Source: Candidatus Shapirobacteria bacterium (GTDB lineage Bacteria; Patescibacteriota; Microgenomatia; UBA12405). From it: a stretch of 64,000 nt of DNA. Every line of letters starts with the position of its first letter. The stretch's first letter is position 1. Location: contig JBAYIT010000001.1 of assembly GCA_041665485.1 (NCBI GenBank), positions 73,884 through 137,883 of the forward strand, read 5' to 3'. Of this stretch, positions 1 through 9,969 are shown in pieces. The position numbers and the translations under genes are program-made. The notes below the pieces were generated by a model. It worked only from the letters and a program-made list of their open reading frames with translations, made no database searches and was not told the DNA's origin.

Positions 1-123
1 ATCATTGCAACACTGTTTCATTTGTGAGACAATGTATTATCTCGGCAGGTGGACATGAGAATTTGTAAATAGCGCTAACTTGGACACCCCCTTGAGAATA
101 TTATTTTTTACGAATAAATCAAT

Positions 124-315
124 ATGCCAAAAACATATAAACCCGGTGAAATATCACCAAAATCATCCCAAGCAGAAATTATTGGTCCGCGAGGTGGGCG
201 TAGCGGAGTCGAAAGGACAGTCACAAAAGGCGAACCATTCCCTCCCGGAAGAAAGTCAGGAGAAACTTATCTGATAGTCGACCCGACTAAACATGGGCAA
301 AGGAGGGATAAATAA
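124..315 (+). CDS. small conserved hypothetical protein (63 aa)
   Basis: ORF directly upstream of, and abutting, the MBL gene. Pro/Gly-rich motif 'GPRGGRSGVERTVTKGEPFPPG...DPTKH'. No recognisable RBS was checked. Confidence 0.35.
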   Translation: MPKTYKPGEISPKSSQAEIIGPRGGRSGVERTVTKGEPFPPGRKSGETYLIVDPTKHGQRRDK

Positions 316-316
316 T

Positions 317-1372
317 ATGGCATTTGAAATTGATTATATCCCGGTGGGAAACGGAGAAAGCAGCGGTGATGCAATCGCACTTCGATATGGAAATCTTTCC
401 GGGCCAAGGGAAGAACAGACAATCGTCGTAATTGATGGAGGTTATAAAGAGTCAGGAGAAGCTCTTGTCCAACATATTAACAAGTATTACGGCACCAATT
501 TGGTAAATATGGCCATTTCAACACACCCAGACGCAGACCATGCGTCTGGCTTAGCTGTGGTTCTGGAAAAGTGTAAAGTTAACCAGTTGCTGATGCATAA
601 GCCATGGAATCATGCTCAGGACATCAAAAACATGTTTTTCGACGGAAGGATAACAGCATCTGGGCCAGAGGAAAGGTTGGAAAAGTCACTTCAGGACGCA
701 AGTGACTTGGAAAAATTGGCAAATAAAAACGGTATAGAAATATTGGAGCCATTCCAAGGTGTTGGAACAAGCGATGGCAGTATGAGGATATTAGGTCCAT
801 CCTTAGAACTATACGAATCACTTCTGTTATCTTTTAAACCATGCCCTGAATCGAAAGGATTGGATATAGCCTCACTCTTTAAGCAGGTAGCGTTAAAAGT
901 CGACGAATGGGTAGAAGATAACTTGGGGATCGATCTGTTGGATGATGATAATGACCAAACCTCCGCCGAAAACAACACGAGTACGATTGTCTTATTTACG
1001 ATTGAAGGACATAAATTACTATTTACCGGTGATGCCGGAAAAACTGGATTGCATTATGCCATTTCTTACGCTGAATCTCTAGGGATTCCATTAACTGACC
1101 TCAACTTTTTGGATGTTCCTCACCATGGGAGTAAGAATAACTTAAACAGTAAGATTTTGTTGAAAATAAGGGCACAAACAGCTTTTATTTCGGCTTCACC
1201 AAATGATCCAAAACATCCATCTAAAAAAGTGACAAATGCGTTGAAGAAACTTCGGCACGCGGTCTACGTTAATAGAAGCGGCATAATCTGCCACAACTTT
1301 AACTCACCCGTTCGAGAAGGGTGGGTTCCGGTGACTGAAGAACCGTTTCACGATAAATTCAAAGATGATTAA
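317..1372 (+). CDS. metallo-beta-lactamase-fold hydrolase
   Basis: HxHxDH-type motif 'STHPDADHASG' and later 'DVPHHGS'. Start ATG at 317 is preceded by AAGGAGGG, a Shine-Dalgarno sequence. The ORF track begins 24 nt upstream. Confidence 0.7.
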   Translation: MAFEIDYIPVGNGESSGDAIALRYGNLSGPREEQTIVVIDGGYKESGEALVQHINKYYGTNLVNMAISTHPDADHASGLAVVLEKCKVNQLLMHKPWNHAQDIKNMFFDGRITASGPEERLEKSLQDASDLEKLANKNGIEILEPFQGVGTSDGSMRILGPSLELYESLLLSFKPCPESKGLDIASLFKQVALKVDEWVEDNLGIDLLDDDNDQTSAENNTSTIVLFTIEGHKLLFTGDAGKTGLHYAISYAESLGIPLTDLNFLDVPHHGSKNNLNSKILLKIRAQTAFISASPNDPKHPSKKVTNALKKLRHAVYVNRSGIICHNFNSPVREGWVPVTEEPFHDKFKDD

Positions 1373-1395
1373 AAATTTGTTAGAATTAGCCTAAC

Positions 1396-2142
1396 ATGTC
1401 AGAAGATTTGAATAGTTTAAAACTAACAATTTTTGAGTTAATCAGCTATGTGTTCCCCGGCCTGTTGGTAATAATACTTGGGTTAGTATTTTTTCCGCCA
1501 GGGTTATCTATACTTAAAGACAACGTAATCTTGGTCTCATTCTTTTCCTACATAATCGGTAATTTGCTCCATCAACTAAGTGAGTCGAACCTTAATTTGA
1601 GACAGTATGGGTGGAAAATTTATCATTGGCTTAAAGAAAAAGATGAAAAAGGTCATGGAATTGAAAATCCGACAGGTCGGATAGGAAGATTAATGAAATG
1701 GTTTAGACATAAATGGTTGGAGAAAAAGAAGGACCCGATTAAAGATCTGTTGAATGTCACGGGGATCCTTAAAGAAAAGTGCAATGTAGACGAAGTCACC
1801 CCTTATGATCTGTATTTTTTAAAGGAGGCGTATCTGATAAACCAACCATCACTGGCTGGCTATTATCAATACCTTCTTTACCAAAAAATTTTTAATAAGT
1901 CATTGTCGTTGATATTTTTCTTAACCGCCGTTTTACTGATAATTTTGGATTACTTCAAAACTATTAGTGTCAATATTTATCCCGGATTATCATATTCAAT
2001 TGACGGTAAGGGATTGATCATTTCAGCAGGACTTATCTTGCTTTCCTTAGTCTTTAAAGACCGTTCTCGCTTTTTCAAAGATTATCGGGACAAAATATTG
2101 GATATGAATGTTTTAATGACTTTTGGAATGAAAAAAGCATAA
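1396..2142 (+). CDS. hypothetical integral membrane protein
   Basis: Multiple hydrophobic segments (several predicted TM helices). No recognisable catalytic motif. Confidence 0.45.
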   Translation: MSEDLNSLKLTIFELISYVFPGLLVIILGLVFFPPGLSILKDNVILVSFFSYIIGNLLHQLSESNLNLRQYGWKIYHWLKEKDEKGHGIENPTGRIGRLMKWFRHKWLEKKKDPIKDLLNVTGILKEKCNVDEVTPYDLYFLKEAYLINQPSLAGYYQYLLYQKIFNKSLSLIFFLTAVLLIILDYFKTISVNIYPGLSYSIDGKGLIISAGLILLSLVFKDRSRFFKDYRDKILDMNVLMTFGMKKA

Positions 2143-2235
2143 CCCTGGAAAGAAATCGTAGGCTTTCATTGAAGTTTATTGCTAGCAAATGTACACTCAA
2201 ACTCGTGGATCTGTCAGTAAAAAGACAACTATCTA

Positions 2236-3042
2236 TTAGTTTTCAAACACTCTCGATATCTCCCCGTAAACCTTAACCGACAGAGCCTCTTCCAAAAACT
2301 CGGAATCAAACTTTTTTACCTCGATCAACCGTCTTGCCTCATTTTTTGTCATCGATTTATTTTCGGTTAATCGATAATAGATAATTAGCCCTTCCACCAG
2401 TGAATTCTTGAGCTTTTGACTGCTATGCTGATATACGTACTGACGTAAAAATAAAGCCAAATCTTTAGTGTCAATCGGATCTGATAGCTTAATTAAATCA
2501 ATTAACACCGAGTTCGTTCTGGGAACGGGGTAGAATTTTTCTTTCCCCACTTCCATTAGCACTTTAACTTTAAAAAACGAACTAAAAACCCCATGTTCGT
2601 TGATAGTAGCCACCAGTTTCTTTGGTACCATTAGTACCACCCGGTCATAATTAATAAACGTCAAATGACCAAGCAATTGTTCGGCAAAAGAATATGGTAA
2701 ATTAGATACGATTTTGTTAAAGTCTTTCCCTTGTTTCCATCTTCCTCTTGGCAGAACGTGACCTCTGGCACTCTCAAAGTGGATTTCAACGTTGGTTGGC
2801 AAACCACTCAATATTGGCTCAAAATGCCTGTCTACCTCATAGGTAATAACCTTGCCCGCTTTAGTCGCCAACTCCCGGGTTAAATTACCAATTCCTGCTC
2901 CAATTTCCAATACCACATCATTCGAATTAATCTCTGCCATTTCAACTGTTTTCTTTATGATTTGGCTATCAGTCAGGAAAAACTGATCCAGCAAAGCATC
3001 GGGTGTAATTTTCCATTTACTTAATAACCTCTTTGCATCCAT
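2236..3042 (-). CDS. rRNA adenine N6-dimethyltransferase family (KsgA/Erm-like) paralog A
   Basis: SAM motif 'VLEIGAGIGNLT'. 'SNLPYSF' (NLPY-type motif IV). 'FYPVPRTNSVLIDL' (KsgA FxPxPKVDS-like). 'DQFFLTD' stands in place of the canonical GQNFL. Confidence 0.65.
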   Translation of the reverse strand: MDAKRLLSKWKITPDALLDQFFLTDSQIIKKTVEMAEINSNDVVLEIGAGIGNLTRELATKAGKVITYEVDRHFEPILSGLPTNVEIHFESARGHVLPRGRWKQGKDFNKIVSNLPYSFAEQLLGHLTFINYDRVVLMVPKKLVATINEHGVFSSFFKVKVLMEVGKEKFYPVPRTNSVLIDLIKLSDPIDTKDLALFLRQYVYQHSSQKLKNSLVEGLIIYYRLTENKSMTKNEARRLIEVKKFDSEFLEEALSVKVYGEISRVFEN

Positions 3043-3068
3043 ATCTAATTTTACTCTATTTTACCCTG

Positions 3069-3097
3069 TTTACAAAAGCCCTATAATAATATAAAAT
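3069..3097 (+). promoter_or_regulatory. sigma70-like promoter in divergent intergenic region
   Basis: TTTACA-17 nt-TAAAAT upstream of the 3121 start. The 78-bp intergenic region is shared with the divergently transcribed paralog. Confidence 0.35.
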
Positions 3098-3120
3098 AGA
3101 CCTATTGTTATAAACACCAT

Positions 3121-4224
3121 ATGTCTAGAACAAGAAGCCCTGAAACTCGCGAACTACCCCAAGAACCCCGTAGGACTAGACACGCCAGAATTGTTCCTAG
3201 TGTGGCCCTTGAACCTAGATTTTCGGAAGCAAATGGCGACGACGCCCCAATACTTTGGCAACCCGGCACCCCCATGGATGAAACTTTCTTAAGAGCGGCA
3301 GGAGTAATACCTAGTGAGGCAATTGGCCAAAATTTTCTCGTTGACCCTGAGCTTGTTGCCCTTGTCGCTTCCCAAATTATTCCTAACGCTCAAGTTGTAG
3401 AAATAGGCGCCGGCCCTGCCAATATGACCGCCGTTATTGCCCCAATCGTCCAAGAGGTTGTCGGTTTGGAAATCGATCCCGCCAGTTACCGACCTATTCA
3501 TGATGCCGTCTTGCCACAATTGGGTAATGCCCGCATCCTCTATCAAGACGCACTTAGTTTTAAATTTGAAAAATGGGTTGAATCACAGAGAGATGCCATT
3601 TATCAGGTGTTTGGCAATATTCCCTTTCACATTGCCGAGCCGCTTTTGGTTAAACTGGCTCGATTAGGGGATAGGGTTGACAGGATTACTTTGTTGGTGG
3701 GCGATAATTTTGCTCAAATTATGGCGATTCGGGATCCGCAAGATATTCGCTATGGCCGAATGTCTTTTGTGGCTAGCCTTTTCCAAGTCGATACTGTCGC
3801 CCAAATTCCTCGAGAGGGATTTTGGCCGGTTCCCCGCACCGATGCCACTCTTATTAACCTTACCCCCCTAGAACACGATTTAGACGGACGAGATTTGACT
3901 TTACAACTTCGTGGGCAAATTATAAATCAACCCGATCTAACGATAATTAAAGTATTAAATGGTTTTTCGCCCCGCCAAGCATCCGGCAAAATGTCGAAGG
4001 AACAAGCCCGTCGCCGTGACCGTCGACAAACTCGAGATGAACTTCGTGGTCTAACCCGACAACTTAAGCCCCAAGACGGTTATGCTTCAGGCGATAACCA
4101 ATCCCGTGTTGGTATTAGTCTTGTTACCCGTCTAGGCCTACCCCCAGAGATACTTAGCCAGCCCTTTAGTCGCTTAAATAATCAACAAGTCAGAATTCTA
4201 GCCCAAGCTATTGAAAAGTTGTAA
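3121..4224 (+). CDS. rsmA: 16S rRNA (adenine1518/1519) dimethyltransferase RsmA/KsgA-like, with N- and C-terminal extensions
   Basis: Canonical 'GQNFLVD', 'VVEIGAGPANMT', 'GNIPFHIAEP' and 'FWPVPRTDATLINL'. Noticeably more GC-rich than the flanking genes. Confidence 0.6.
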   Translation: MSRTRSPETRELPQEPRRTRHARIVPSVALEPRFSEANGDDAPILWQPGTPMDETFLRAAGVIPSEAIGQNFLVDPELVALVASQIIPNAQVVEIGAGPANMTAVIAPIVQEVVGLEIDPASYRPIHDAVLPQLGNARILYQDALSFKFEKWVESQRDAIYQVFGNIPFHIAEPLLVKLARLGDRVDRITLLVGDNFAQIMAIRDPQDIRYGRMSFVASLFQVDTVAQIPREGFWPVPRTDATLINLTPLEHDLDGRDLTLQLRGQIINQPDLTIIKVLNGFSPRQASGKMSKEQARRRDRRQTRDELRGLTRQLKPQDGYASGDNQSRVGISLVTRLGLPPEILSQPFSRLNNQQVRILAQAIEKL

Positions 4225-4237
4225 TATACAAATTTCG

Positions 4238-4882
4238 TCACTTAGTTTTTTTGGCTAGAATATAGTATCGACCTAAAGAATCCGGATATGATTTACGAGC
4301 TTTAATAATAGTAAAAAAACGCCCGATGATATGATCAACATCTTCGTTAGTAATACCAAATATTTGATCAAGCCTGTCTGGAATTTTCTCACTTTTTTTA
4401 GTTAGCGGGCAAGATAATAGGGTATTTGGTGGTCGAATGAACATTTCCAAAATAATATGTCCATCATTTTTTAATAGTCTATTAAATTCTTGATAGATCT
4501 TAGGCCAAAGGCGGGGACGGCATGAGGAAGTCATCGTTAAATCCATAATCAGATCAAAAGTGTTGCCGGGAATCGGTAAACCTTTGACAATATCTGCCTT
4601 AAATATGGTTGAATTCCTGTTCTGATTTTTAGCATATTTGACAGCCACGCTTGATATGTCGACGCCAGTAGTGTTGGTGAATCCGAGTTTTTCCAGCTTA
4701 ACCAATAACCGCCCTCGTCCACAACCGACATCCAGTATGGATGAATTCTTCTTCAAGACACCTTTTGATAATAGAGTTTTGACAAAACCAACAATATCTT
4801 CGGAAATTGGATAACATGACCAAGATGGTATGTCGTACGAGTAACGATATATTTTATTAAACCGTTTTTGATAGTCCAGCAT
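4238..4882 (-). CDS. class I SAM-dependent methyltransferase
   Basis: Motif I 'ILDVGCGRGRLL'. Overlaps the upstream aminotransferase gene by 26 nt (same-strand operon). Confidence 0.6.
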   Translation of the reverse strand: MLDYQKRFNKIYRYSYDIPSWSCYPISEDIVGFVKTLLSKGVLKKNSSILDVGCGRGRLLVKLEKLGFTNTTGVDISSVAVKYAKNQNRNSTIFKADIVKGLPIPGNTFDLIMDLTMTSSCRPRLWPKIYQEFNRLLKNDGHIILEMFIRPPNTLLSCPLTKKSEKIPDRLDQIFGITNEDVDHIIGRFFTIIKARKSYPDSLGRYYILAKKTK

Positions 4883-5987
4883 GTTTTAGCAGGATCTCTT
4901 TTAGGATTAAAACCCTTTCGACCTCGAGGAAATCTGTAGCATAGAGCTGGATGATGTTTTTTTGGATGATGCTCTCGGCATTAGCAAACTCCTCTTTTAC
5001 TTTAATATGATAAAAATCGGTTAGGATCTTATTTTTACTTAAAACAGTTTCATAGTTATGTTTTTGAGCATGGAAACCACTATTAATCAAATCTTCAATC
5101 AGATCCTTGGTATTTATATCCACCGACAACTCAATCACCGGCATATGAAAAACTCTATCTGCCTCCGGGTATGCAAGCTGAAAACTTATTTGATCAGTCG
5201 TCGACGACACCTCCCGCTGGAAGTTTAAAATATTAGTCTTTATCGTCAAACGTCGATTTTTGTTATTTTTCAAATCATGTAAGGCTAGCAATAAGGCAAA
5301 TAGGTGTGGTCTAAACTTAATGCCAACATTATTAGGAATATGTTTATAGTGGTTGGTTATTAAATCACTTGGGACTCTATTAGAGTGAGAAAAAAGCAAC
5401 GCCCTGTCGCGAAATACCGGATTATCGGTAGTTAATGCGCCAAGTTCACCTCCGCTAATCAGTTTACCTAAACCAAACGAAACACAATTAATGTCAAAAA
5501 ACTCTCCTATGGGTTTACCTCTCCACCGCGATTCATGGGCATGTGACGAATCAGAAATTATAAAGATTTTATGTTTTTTCTGTAATTGAGAAATTTTATT
5601 CAAATTGGTCAAGTTTCCCCAAGGCTGTAGAACCATTATCGCCAGAGTATTGTCATTGACAAGTTTGTCACACTTATCGACATCTAAAGCATAAGTTGCC
5701 GGATCAACATCACAAAAGACTGGTTTTAATCCAAAGGCGCAAATAACACTAATACTGACATGAAATCCGTAAGTTGGAATAATCACTTCCTTTTTATCAC
5801 TTTCCAGAGAAAGACAAAAAAGGGCTAGATACAGCGCCGAAGTGCCATTACATGTCGAAACACCAAACTTGTTGCCAAATAGTTTAGCCGCCTCGTTTTC
5901 AAACTCCTCCATGTAACCACCCTTAACTGTCGATAGCCAATTATCTTTAATACAGCGATCTATCTGTTCGAGATAGCTACTTGTCAT
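4857..5987 (-). CDS. DegT/DnrJ/EryC1/StrS-family PLP-dependent sugar aminotransferase
   Basis: N-terminal 'FGVSTCNGTSALYLAL' motif typical of DegT-family aminotransferases. Size about 376 aa. Confidence 0.7.
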   Translation of the reverse strand: MTSSYLEQIDRCIKDNWLSTVKGGYMEEFENEAAKLFGNKFGVSTCNGTSALYLALFCLSLESDKKEVIIPTYGFHVSISVICAFGLKPVFCDVDPATYALDVDKCDKLVNDNTLAIMVLQPWGNLTNLNKISQLQKKHKIFIISDSSHAHESRWRGKPIGEFFDINCVSFGLGKLISGGELGALTTDNPVFRDRALLFSHSNRVPSDLITNHYKHIPNNVGIKFRPHLFALLLALHDLKNNKNRRLTIKTNILNFQREVSSTTDQISFQLAYPEADRVFHMPVIELSVDINTKDLIEDLINSGFHAQKHNYETVLSKNKILTDFYHIKVKEEFANAESIIQKNIIQLYATDFLEVERVLILKEILLKHAGLSKTV

Positions 5988-5991
5988 GTTT

Positions 5992-7020
5992 TTATCGGTA
6001 ACATTGATATAATTTTAAAACTACCGTCAATGTTTTAAGCGCATCTTCTGGCTCCATAAACAATGACTTCGATTTTCCACAAACGACATTGAAAAAGTCT
6101 CCCATCTGCTCACGATGTTTAGTTCCATAGTAACTTACTGGTGGCGGTTCCGTAAATTTATCCGCATATGATTCCAATAACTCGCCCAACGTTTTAGCTA
6201 CTTCCGGATCCTCGTGGATAAGATGGATTACTTTAACGGGATAATCGGCCGAGAAAGTAATGGTTCCTTTGGTGCCAATTACTTCAATTTTTGAATCCCA
6301 GATATCGATAGAGGTGTTGGTTGTCGACAATATTGCCAAGCTCTCATCGGCAAATTTCATAATTGAAGCAAAAGTATCTTCTGTTTCAATAATCCCTTTA
6401 AATTTTAAATTAGAGCCAAAGGCTCCGACATCAACCGGCAAGCCTTTGATCCAAAGCAATAAATCTAAGGTATGGATAGCTTGGTTAATTAGAGTAGAAC
6501 CGCCCTCTTTGTCCAGTTTCCCTTTCCAGTAACTATTGGTGTAATACTCTTTATTTTTTTGGCTGTTTAGAGTTGCATTTACCATGGTGATGGCGCCGAA
6601 GGTGCCGGAATCAATCGCCTTTTTAATTTCCATGATTACCCGGTTGTACCGGTGCTGTGAAATCACCGTCAAAACATTGTGGTGCATTTTGGCCGTGGCA
6701 ATCATTCTTTCCGCATCTTGAACACTTAAGGCCATTGGCTTCTCAACAATAACATTTTTACCCGATTCCAACGCCCTGATTGCTAAATCAGCATGGCTTT
6801 TATGATCTGTACAGATCGAAACGGAATCAATTGAGCTATTAGCCAAGACTTCTTCAAATGAATTTGCTACCGATGCTATTTTGTGAGTGTCAGCAAATTT
6901 TTTGGCTTTTTCAATATCAAGATCGCAACAAGCGGCAATGGTTATGTTGTTGTGGATACATCCGTCAACATGGCTTGGAGCAATATGTCCGCAACCGATA
7001 ATGGCGTGCTTAATGTTCAT
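5992..7020 (-). CDS. Gfo/Idh/MocA-family NAD(P)-dependent oxidoreductase
   Basis: N-terminal Rossmann 'IGCGHIA' motif and typical family length. It pairs with the DegT aminotransferase in the manner of WbpB/WbpE-type sugar 3-oxidation and transamination. Confidence 0.7.
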   Translation of the reverse strand: MNIKHAIIGCGHIAPSHVDGCIHNNITIAACCDLDIEKAKKFADTHKIASVANSFEEVLANSSIDSVSICTDHKSHADLAIRALESGKNVIVEKPMALSVQDAERMIATAKMHHNVLTVISQHRYNRVIMEIKKAIDSGTFGAITMVNATLNSQKNKEYYTNSYWKGKLDKEGGSTLINQAIHTLDLLLWIKGLPVDVGAFGSNLKFKGIIETEDTFASIMKFADESLAILSTTNTSIDIWDSKIEVIGTKGTITFSADYPVKVIHLIHEDPEVAKTLGELLESYADKFTEPPPVSYYGTKHREQMGDFFNVVCGKSKSLFMEPEDALKTLTVVLKLYQCYR

Positions 7021-7028
7021 TTTTTTGT

Positions 7029-7943
7029 TTATAAATTAGTATTAGAATTAACTTCGTTAATTAAAATTTGAGCCCAAACGTCAGTTTTGTTTTGAGCCAG
7101 GTGAAGTATTTTTACCCCCGCCAAACTCTCTCTGATCTCTTGCGGACTGGGATTTGTTTTCTTCATTATTTCTTCAAGTGCATGTCCCGGCATAAAATTC
7201 CACGCCAGTGGTAATTCTCTTACTGTCAACTCGTTCTCCAATTGGTCGATGGCTAGCCATAAACAAAGTTGGTCATTGGGGATAAAACTATTTTTGTTTT
7301 TTCCGGTTAACATTTGTAAATAGAATTTTTTCCACAATCCAGCTAGGATGCGGATACCATCAGAAGAGCCGTAGATTATTCCTCCGTTCCAACATCTAAT
7401 ATTTAGTAACCTTTCCGCTGAGTAGTTGGTTTCAAAAGTGTTATTAACCAAATCAGCCATTTGTTGAGCCGATAATTGTGAACTGTCTTTAAAATACAGC
7501 CAACTAATGTCTGTTATGGATAATCTTCCCGGTCGACGTAATAATAAATAAACTACCGGTTTGTTGCTGTCACCAACTTCTAATTCTGTCGTTATCTTGT
7601 CCACATCTTCTAGGGCTAGAATATCGCTGTCGATGTACATTAGAGAATTAAAATTCTCGTCACTCATCGACTCTAATTTTGCGATTCTGGTGAGTGAGTG
7701 TTCGAGCTCACTGGTCGCACCAAGTGATTCTTTTAAATCTTGAGGCACTTTCACTTTCTTTATCTGGCAATATTGATCTCCCTGATCGGTTATATTTTTT
7801 ATATTACTACAGCTATAAACGTGGATAGGTAAATGGCTGTTAAGTTTTCTTATACTTCGAATGGCTGTTTTAAGGTAGGTTGTATATTTCTCGTCACTTG
7901 CCATCACTAGGCCAAAGGGTTGTTTTACTTTTTTGGGAATCAT
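7029..7943 (-). CDS. nucleotide-diphospho-sugar transferase, GT8-like glycosyltransferase (tentative)
   Basis: N-terminal 'VMASDEKYTTYL', DxD-like 'YIDSDILALEDV' and 'WNGGIIYGS' resemble the glycogenin/LPS galactosyltransferase family 8 layout. Confidence 0.45.
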   Translation of the reverse strand: MIPKKVKQPFGLVMASDEKYTTYLKTAIRSIRKLNSHLPIHVYSCSNIKNITDQGDQYCQIKKVKVPQDLKESLGATSELEHSLTRIAKLESMSDENFNSLMYIDSDILALEDVDKITTELEVGDSNKPVVYLLLRRPGRLSITDISWLYFKDSSQLSAQQMADLVNNTFETNYSAERLLNIRCWNGGIIYGSSDGIRILAGLWKKFYLQMLTGKNKNSFIPNDQLCLWLAIDQLENELTVRELPLAWNFMPGHALEEIMKKTNPSPQEIRESLAGVKILHLAQNKTDVWAQILINEVNSNTNL

Positions 7944-7976
7944 GAATATGTTTTATGAATAATTAATAATTTACCT

Positions 7977-8696
7977 TTAATTATCTTTTGTTGTTTCAAT
8001 AAAATTAGCTTCAAGCAGAAACTGCATCACTTTAATGGCAGTTTCCGAATATTTACCGTTGTTGTCAATGATGACATAGGAGCCATTTGGTAACAACCGA
8101 CTTTGTCGAAGAATTTCATCCTGGATTGCAAGCAGTTTGTCGTTCGAATATCGCTTTCTTAAAGTTTGATTATCACCAAAAAGTTTCTTTTCATTTGAAT
8201 TGAGTTTTGTCTCGTTGACCGTTAGTATGATTAGCTTACTATTTTTCTTTAGATATGGAGCAATAATTGTTGGGTTAAGCTGGACTCCCTCAAAAAGAAC
8301 GTTTTGAGCGCCTTGAACTTCTAGTTTGGGAATAATACTATCTAACAAAGAACACACCCCTTCAGAATAACGGTTATAACCCTTGATTAGATTATTTTTG
8401 GAATACAGACCATCTCCAATTAGTTTATAACTATCACAAGATCCAAGGAAAACATAAGGGTTTCTCATCTCTTTAACTTTTAGGTTTTCTATTTCTTGAG
8501 ACACGAGGCGCAGGACGTCCATCGACTGGAGGACACAACTTTCAATAGAACCCGATATTAGTGGGGCAATTGTTGACTTTCCTGATAGGGGAACCCCGGT
8601 CATAAAAAGAGCCGTATTGGGTAAGGTAAATTTATACTTTGGCTTAAGTATCGTAAAATGTGTTTTTATTGTATTATTCTTCATCTTTCCAAACAT
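7977..8696 (-). CDS. P-loop NTPase / putative kinase
   Basis: Walker A 'GVPLSGKST'. No further family assignment is possible by eye. Confidence 0.5.
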   Translation of the reverse strand: MFGKMKNNTIKTHFTILKPKYKFTLPNTALFMTGVPLSGKSTIAPLISGSIESCVLQSMDVLRLVSQEIENLKVKEMRNPYVFLGSCDSYKLIGDGLYSKNNLIKGYNRYSEGVCSLLDSIIPKLEVQGAQNVLFEGVQLNPTIIAPYLKKNSKLIILTVNETKLNSNEKKLFGDNQTLRKRYSNDKLLAIQDEILRQSRLLPNGSYVIIDNNGKYSETAIKVMQFLLEANFIETTKDN

Positions 8697-9969
8697 CCTT
8701 CTCTCTTTTGAGCTTTAATAAATGAACCAGTCTGTCTTTTGATTTTTTCTGCAGACCATTGTCGTTTGGTCTATTTAGGTTTTCAAGAACAATCTCGGCG
8801 ACGGTTTGAGTTTCGGTTTCGGTGTAGCCCCTCGCGGTTATCCAAGATGTTCCCAGCCTGATGCCGCTGGCCACATAAGGCTTTAATGTTTCGCCCGGCA
8901 CTACCTGTCTGTTGGTCAAAATTCCAATATTTTCCAAGTTAGTTTCCGCCTCTTTTCCGGTCAGATTAAAAGTCTTTAGGGTATTTAAAACCATTAAATG
9001 AGTGTCACTTCCGCCCGTAACCATAAGTTCGGGGTATTGTCCAAACACCTTTTCAAAAACTTTAATATTCGTTATCACCCTGGAAACATAGTCCTTAAAC
9101 CAAGGCTTACCAGAATCTATCAAGCATTGGGCTATTTCATAAATACGCCTTAATGGCACGCTTGATTGAACGCCGGGATGGACAGCTCTGTCAATATCCT
9201 CTTTCAGAGATTCTTTGCACAAAATAATGCCGCCATGTGGCCCCAACATGGTTTTATCAAGAGTTAACGTGACCACATCACAATAAGGAAATGGCTTTGG
9301 AAATTTTTCACCCACGATCAAACCGGCAGGGTGCGATAAATCAGCCATTAAATAAGCTCCAACCCGCCTTGAGATATCCGCCAATTTGCCAAAGTCTATT
9401 GTTCTTGGATATGAAGACGCTCCGCAGACAATTAGTTTAGGTTTAAATTCTTTTGCTTGCTTCCTGATGGCGTCATAATCTATCCACCCGTCATTTCCAA
9501 CTCCATAAAAATCAAAATTAAAGAATCTTCCTGAGAAGTTTTTCTTCATTCCATGGGTTAAATGTCCTCCGGCTTCAAACTTCATCGCCAAAACCCTGTC
9601 TCCGTTCTCCAGTAGCCCTTGATACACAGCCTGATTTGCCTGGCTAACCGAATGTGGCTGCACATTGGCATGTTCTGCCCCAAATAATTCACAAGCCACC
9701 TCGGTGGCTATTCTTTCAATCCGGTTAAATCCTTCAGCTCCGGCATAAGGTCTGTGTTCAAGAAGACCTTCGGCAATACTGGCATGCCTAAGGGGAATGT
9801 CGATATATTTTCGAAGAGTCGGGCTGGCCGGAGCAATCAGATTTGTCGTTATTAGGTCATACTGATCCTGCATCTTAGCCGCTAAAACCAACTCCTTTTC
9901 TTTTTCCTGATAATATTTTTTATTATTTTTCACTCTTGGATTAAGCCTAAGATTCTGACTTATAAGCAA
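8674..9969 (-). CDS. glyA: serine hydroxymethyltransferase
   Basis: Strong collinear similarity to SHMT: 'NVQPHSVSQAN', 'GGHLTHG', 'ADLSHPAGLI', PLP-lysine region 'TLDKTMLGPHGG' and 'GSDTHLMVLN'. The N-terminal 'ENY' region is diverged. Confidence 0.85.
   Translation of the reverse strand: MLISQNLRLNPRVKNNKKYYQEKEKELVLAAKMQDQYDLITTNLIAPASPTLRKYIDIPLRHASIAEGLLEHRPYAGAEGFNRIERIATEVACELFGAEHANVQPHSVSQANQAVYQGLLENGDRVLAMKFEAGGHLTHGMKKNFSGRFFNFDFYGVGNDGWIDYDAIRKQAKEFKPKLIVCGASSYPRTIDFGKLADISRRVGAYLMADLSHPAGLIVGEKFPKPFPYCDVVTLTLDKTMLGPHGGIILCKESLKEDIDRAVHPGVQSSVPLRRIYEIAQCLIDSGKPWFKDYVSRVITNIKVFEKVFGQYPELMVTGGSDTHLMVLNTLKTFNLTGKEAETNLENIGILTNRQVVPGETLKPYVASGIRLGTSWITARGYTETETQTVAEIVLENLNRPNDNGLQKKSKDRLVHLLKLKREKDVWKDEE

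Noticed and set aside
624-978. Antisense ORFs inside the MBL gene (624-821 and 691-978, minus strand), and similar short ORFs embedded antisense in clpB, glyA, purF and others
   Set aside because: They lie wholly within longer conserved genes on the opposite strand and have low-complexity translations. They are treated as spurious.
8674-9969. glyA as a divergent non-SHMT paralog, because the N-terminal 'ENYTS' region reads 'APASPTL'
   Set aside because: The rest of the protein is collinear with SHMT, including the PLP-lysine region and GGHLTHG. Divergence of one segment is insufficient to reassign function.
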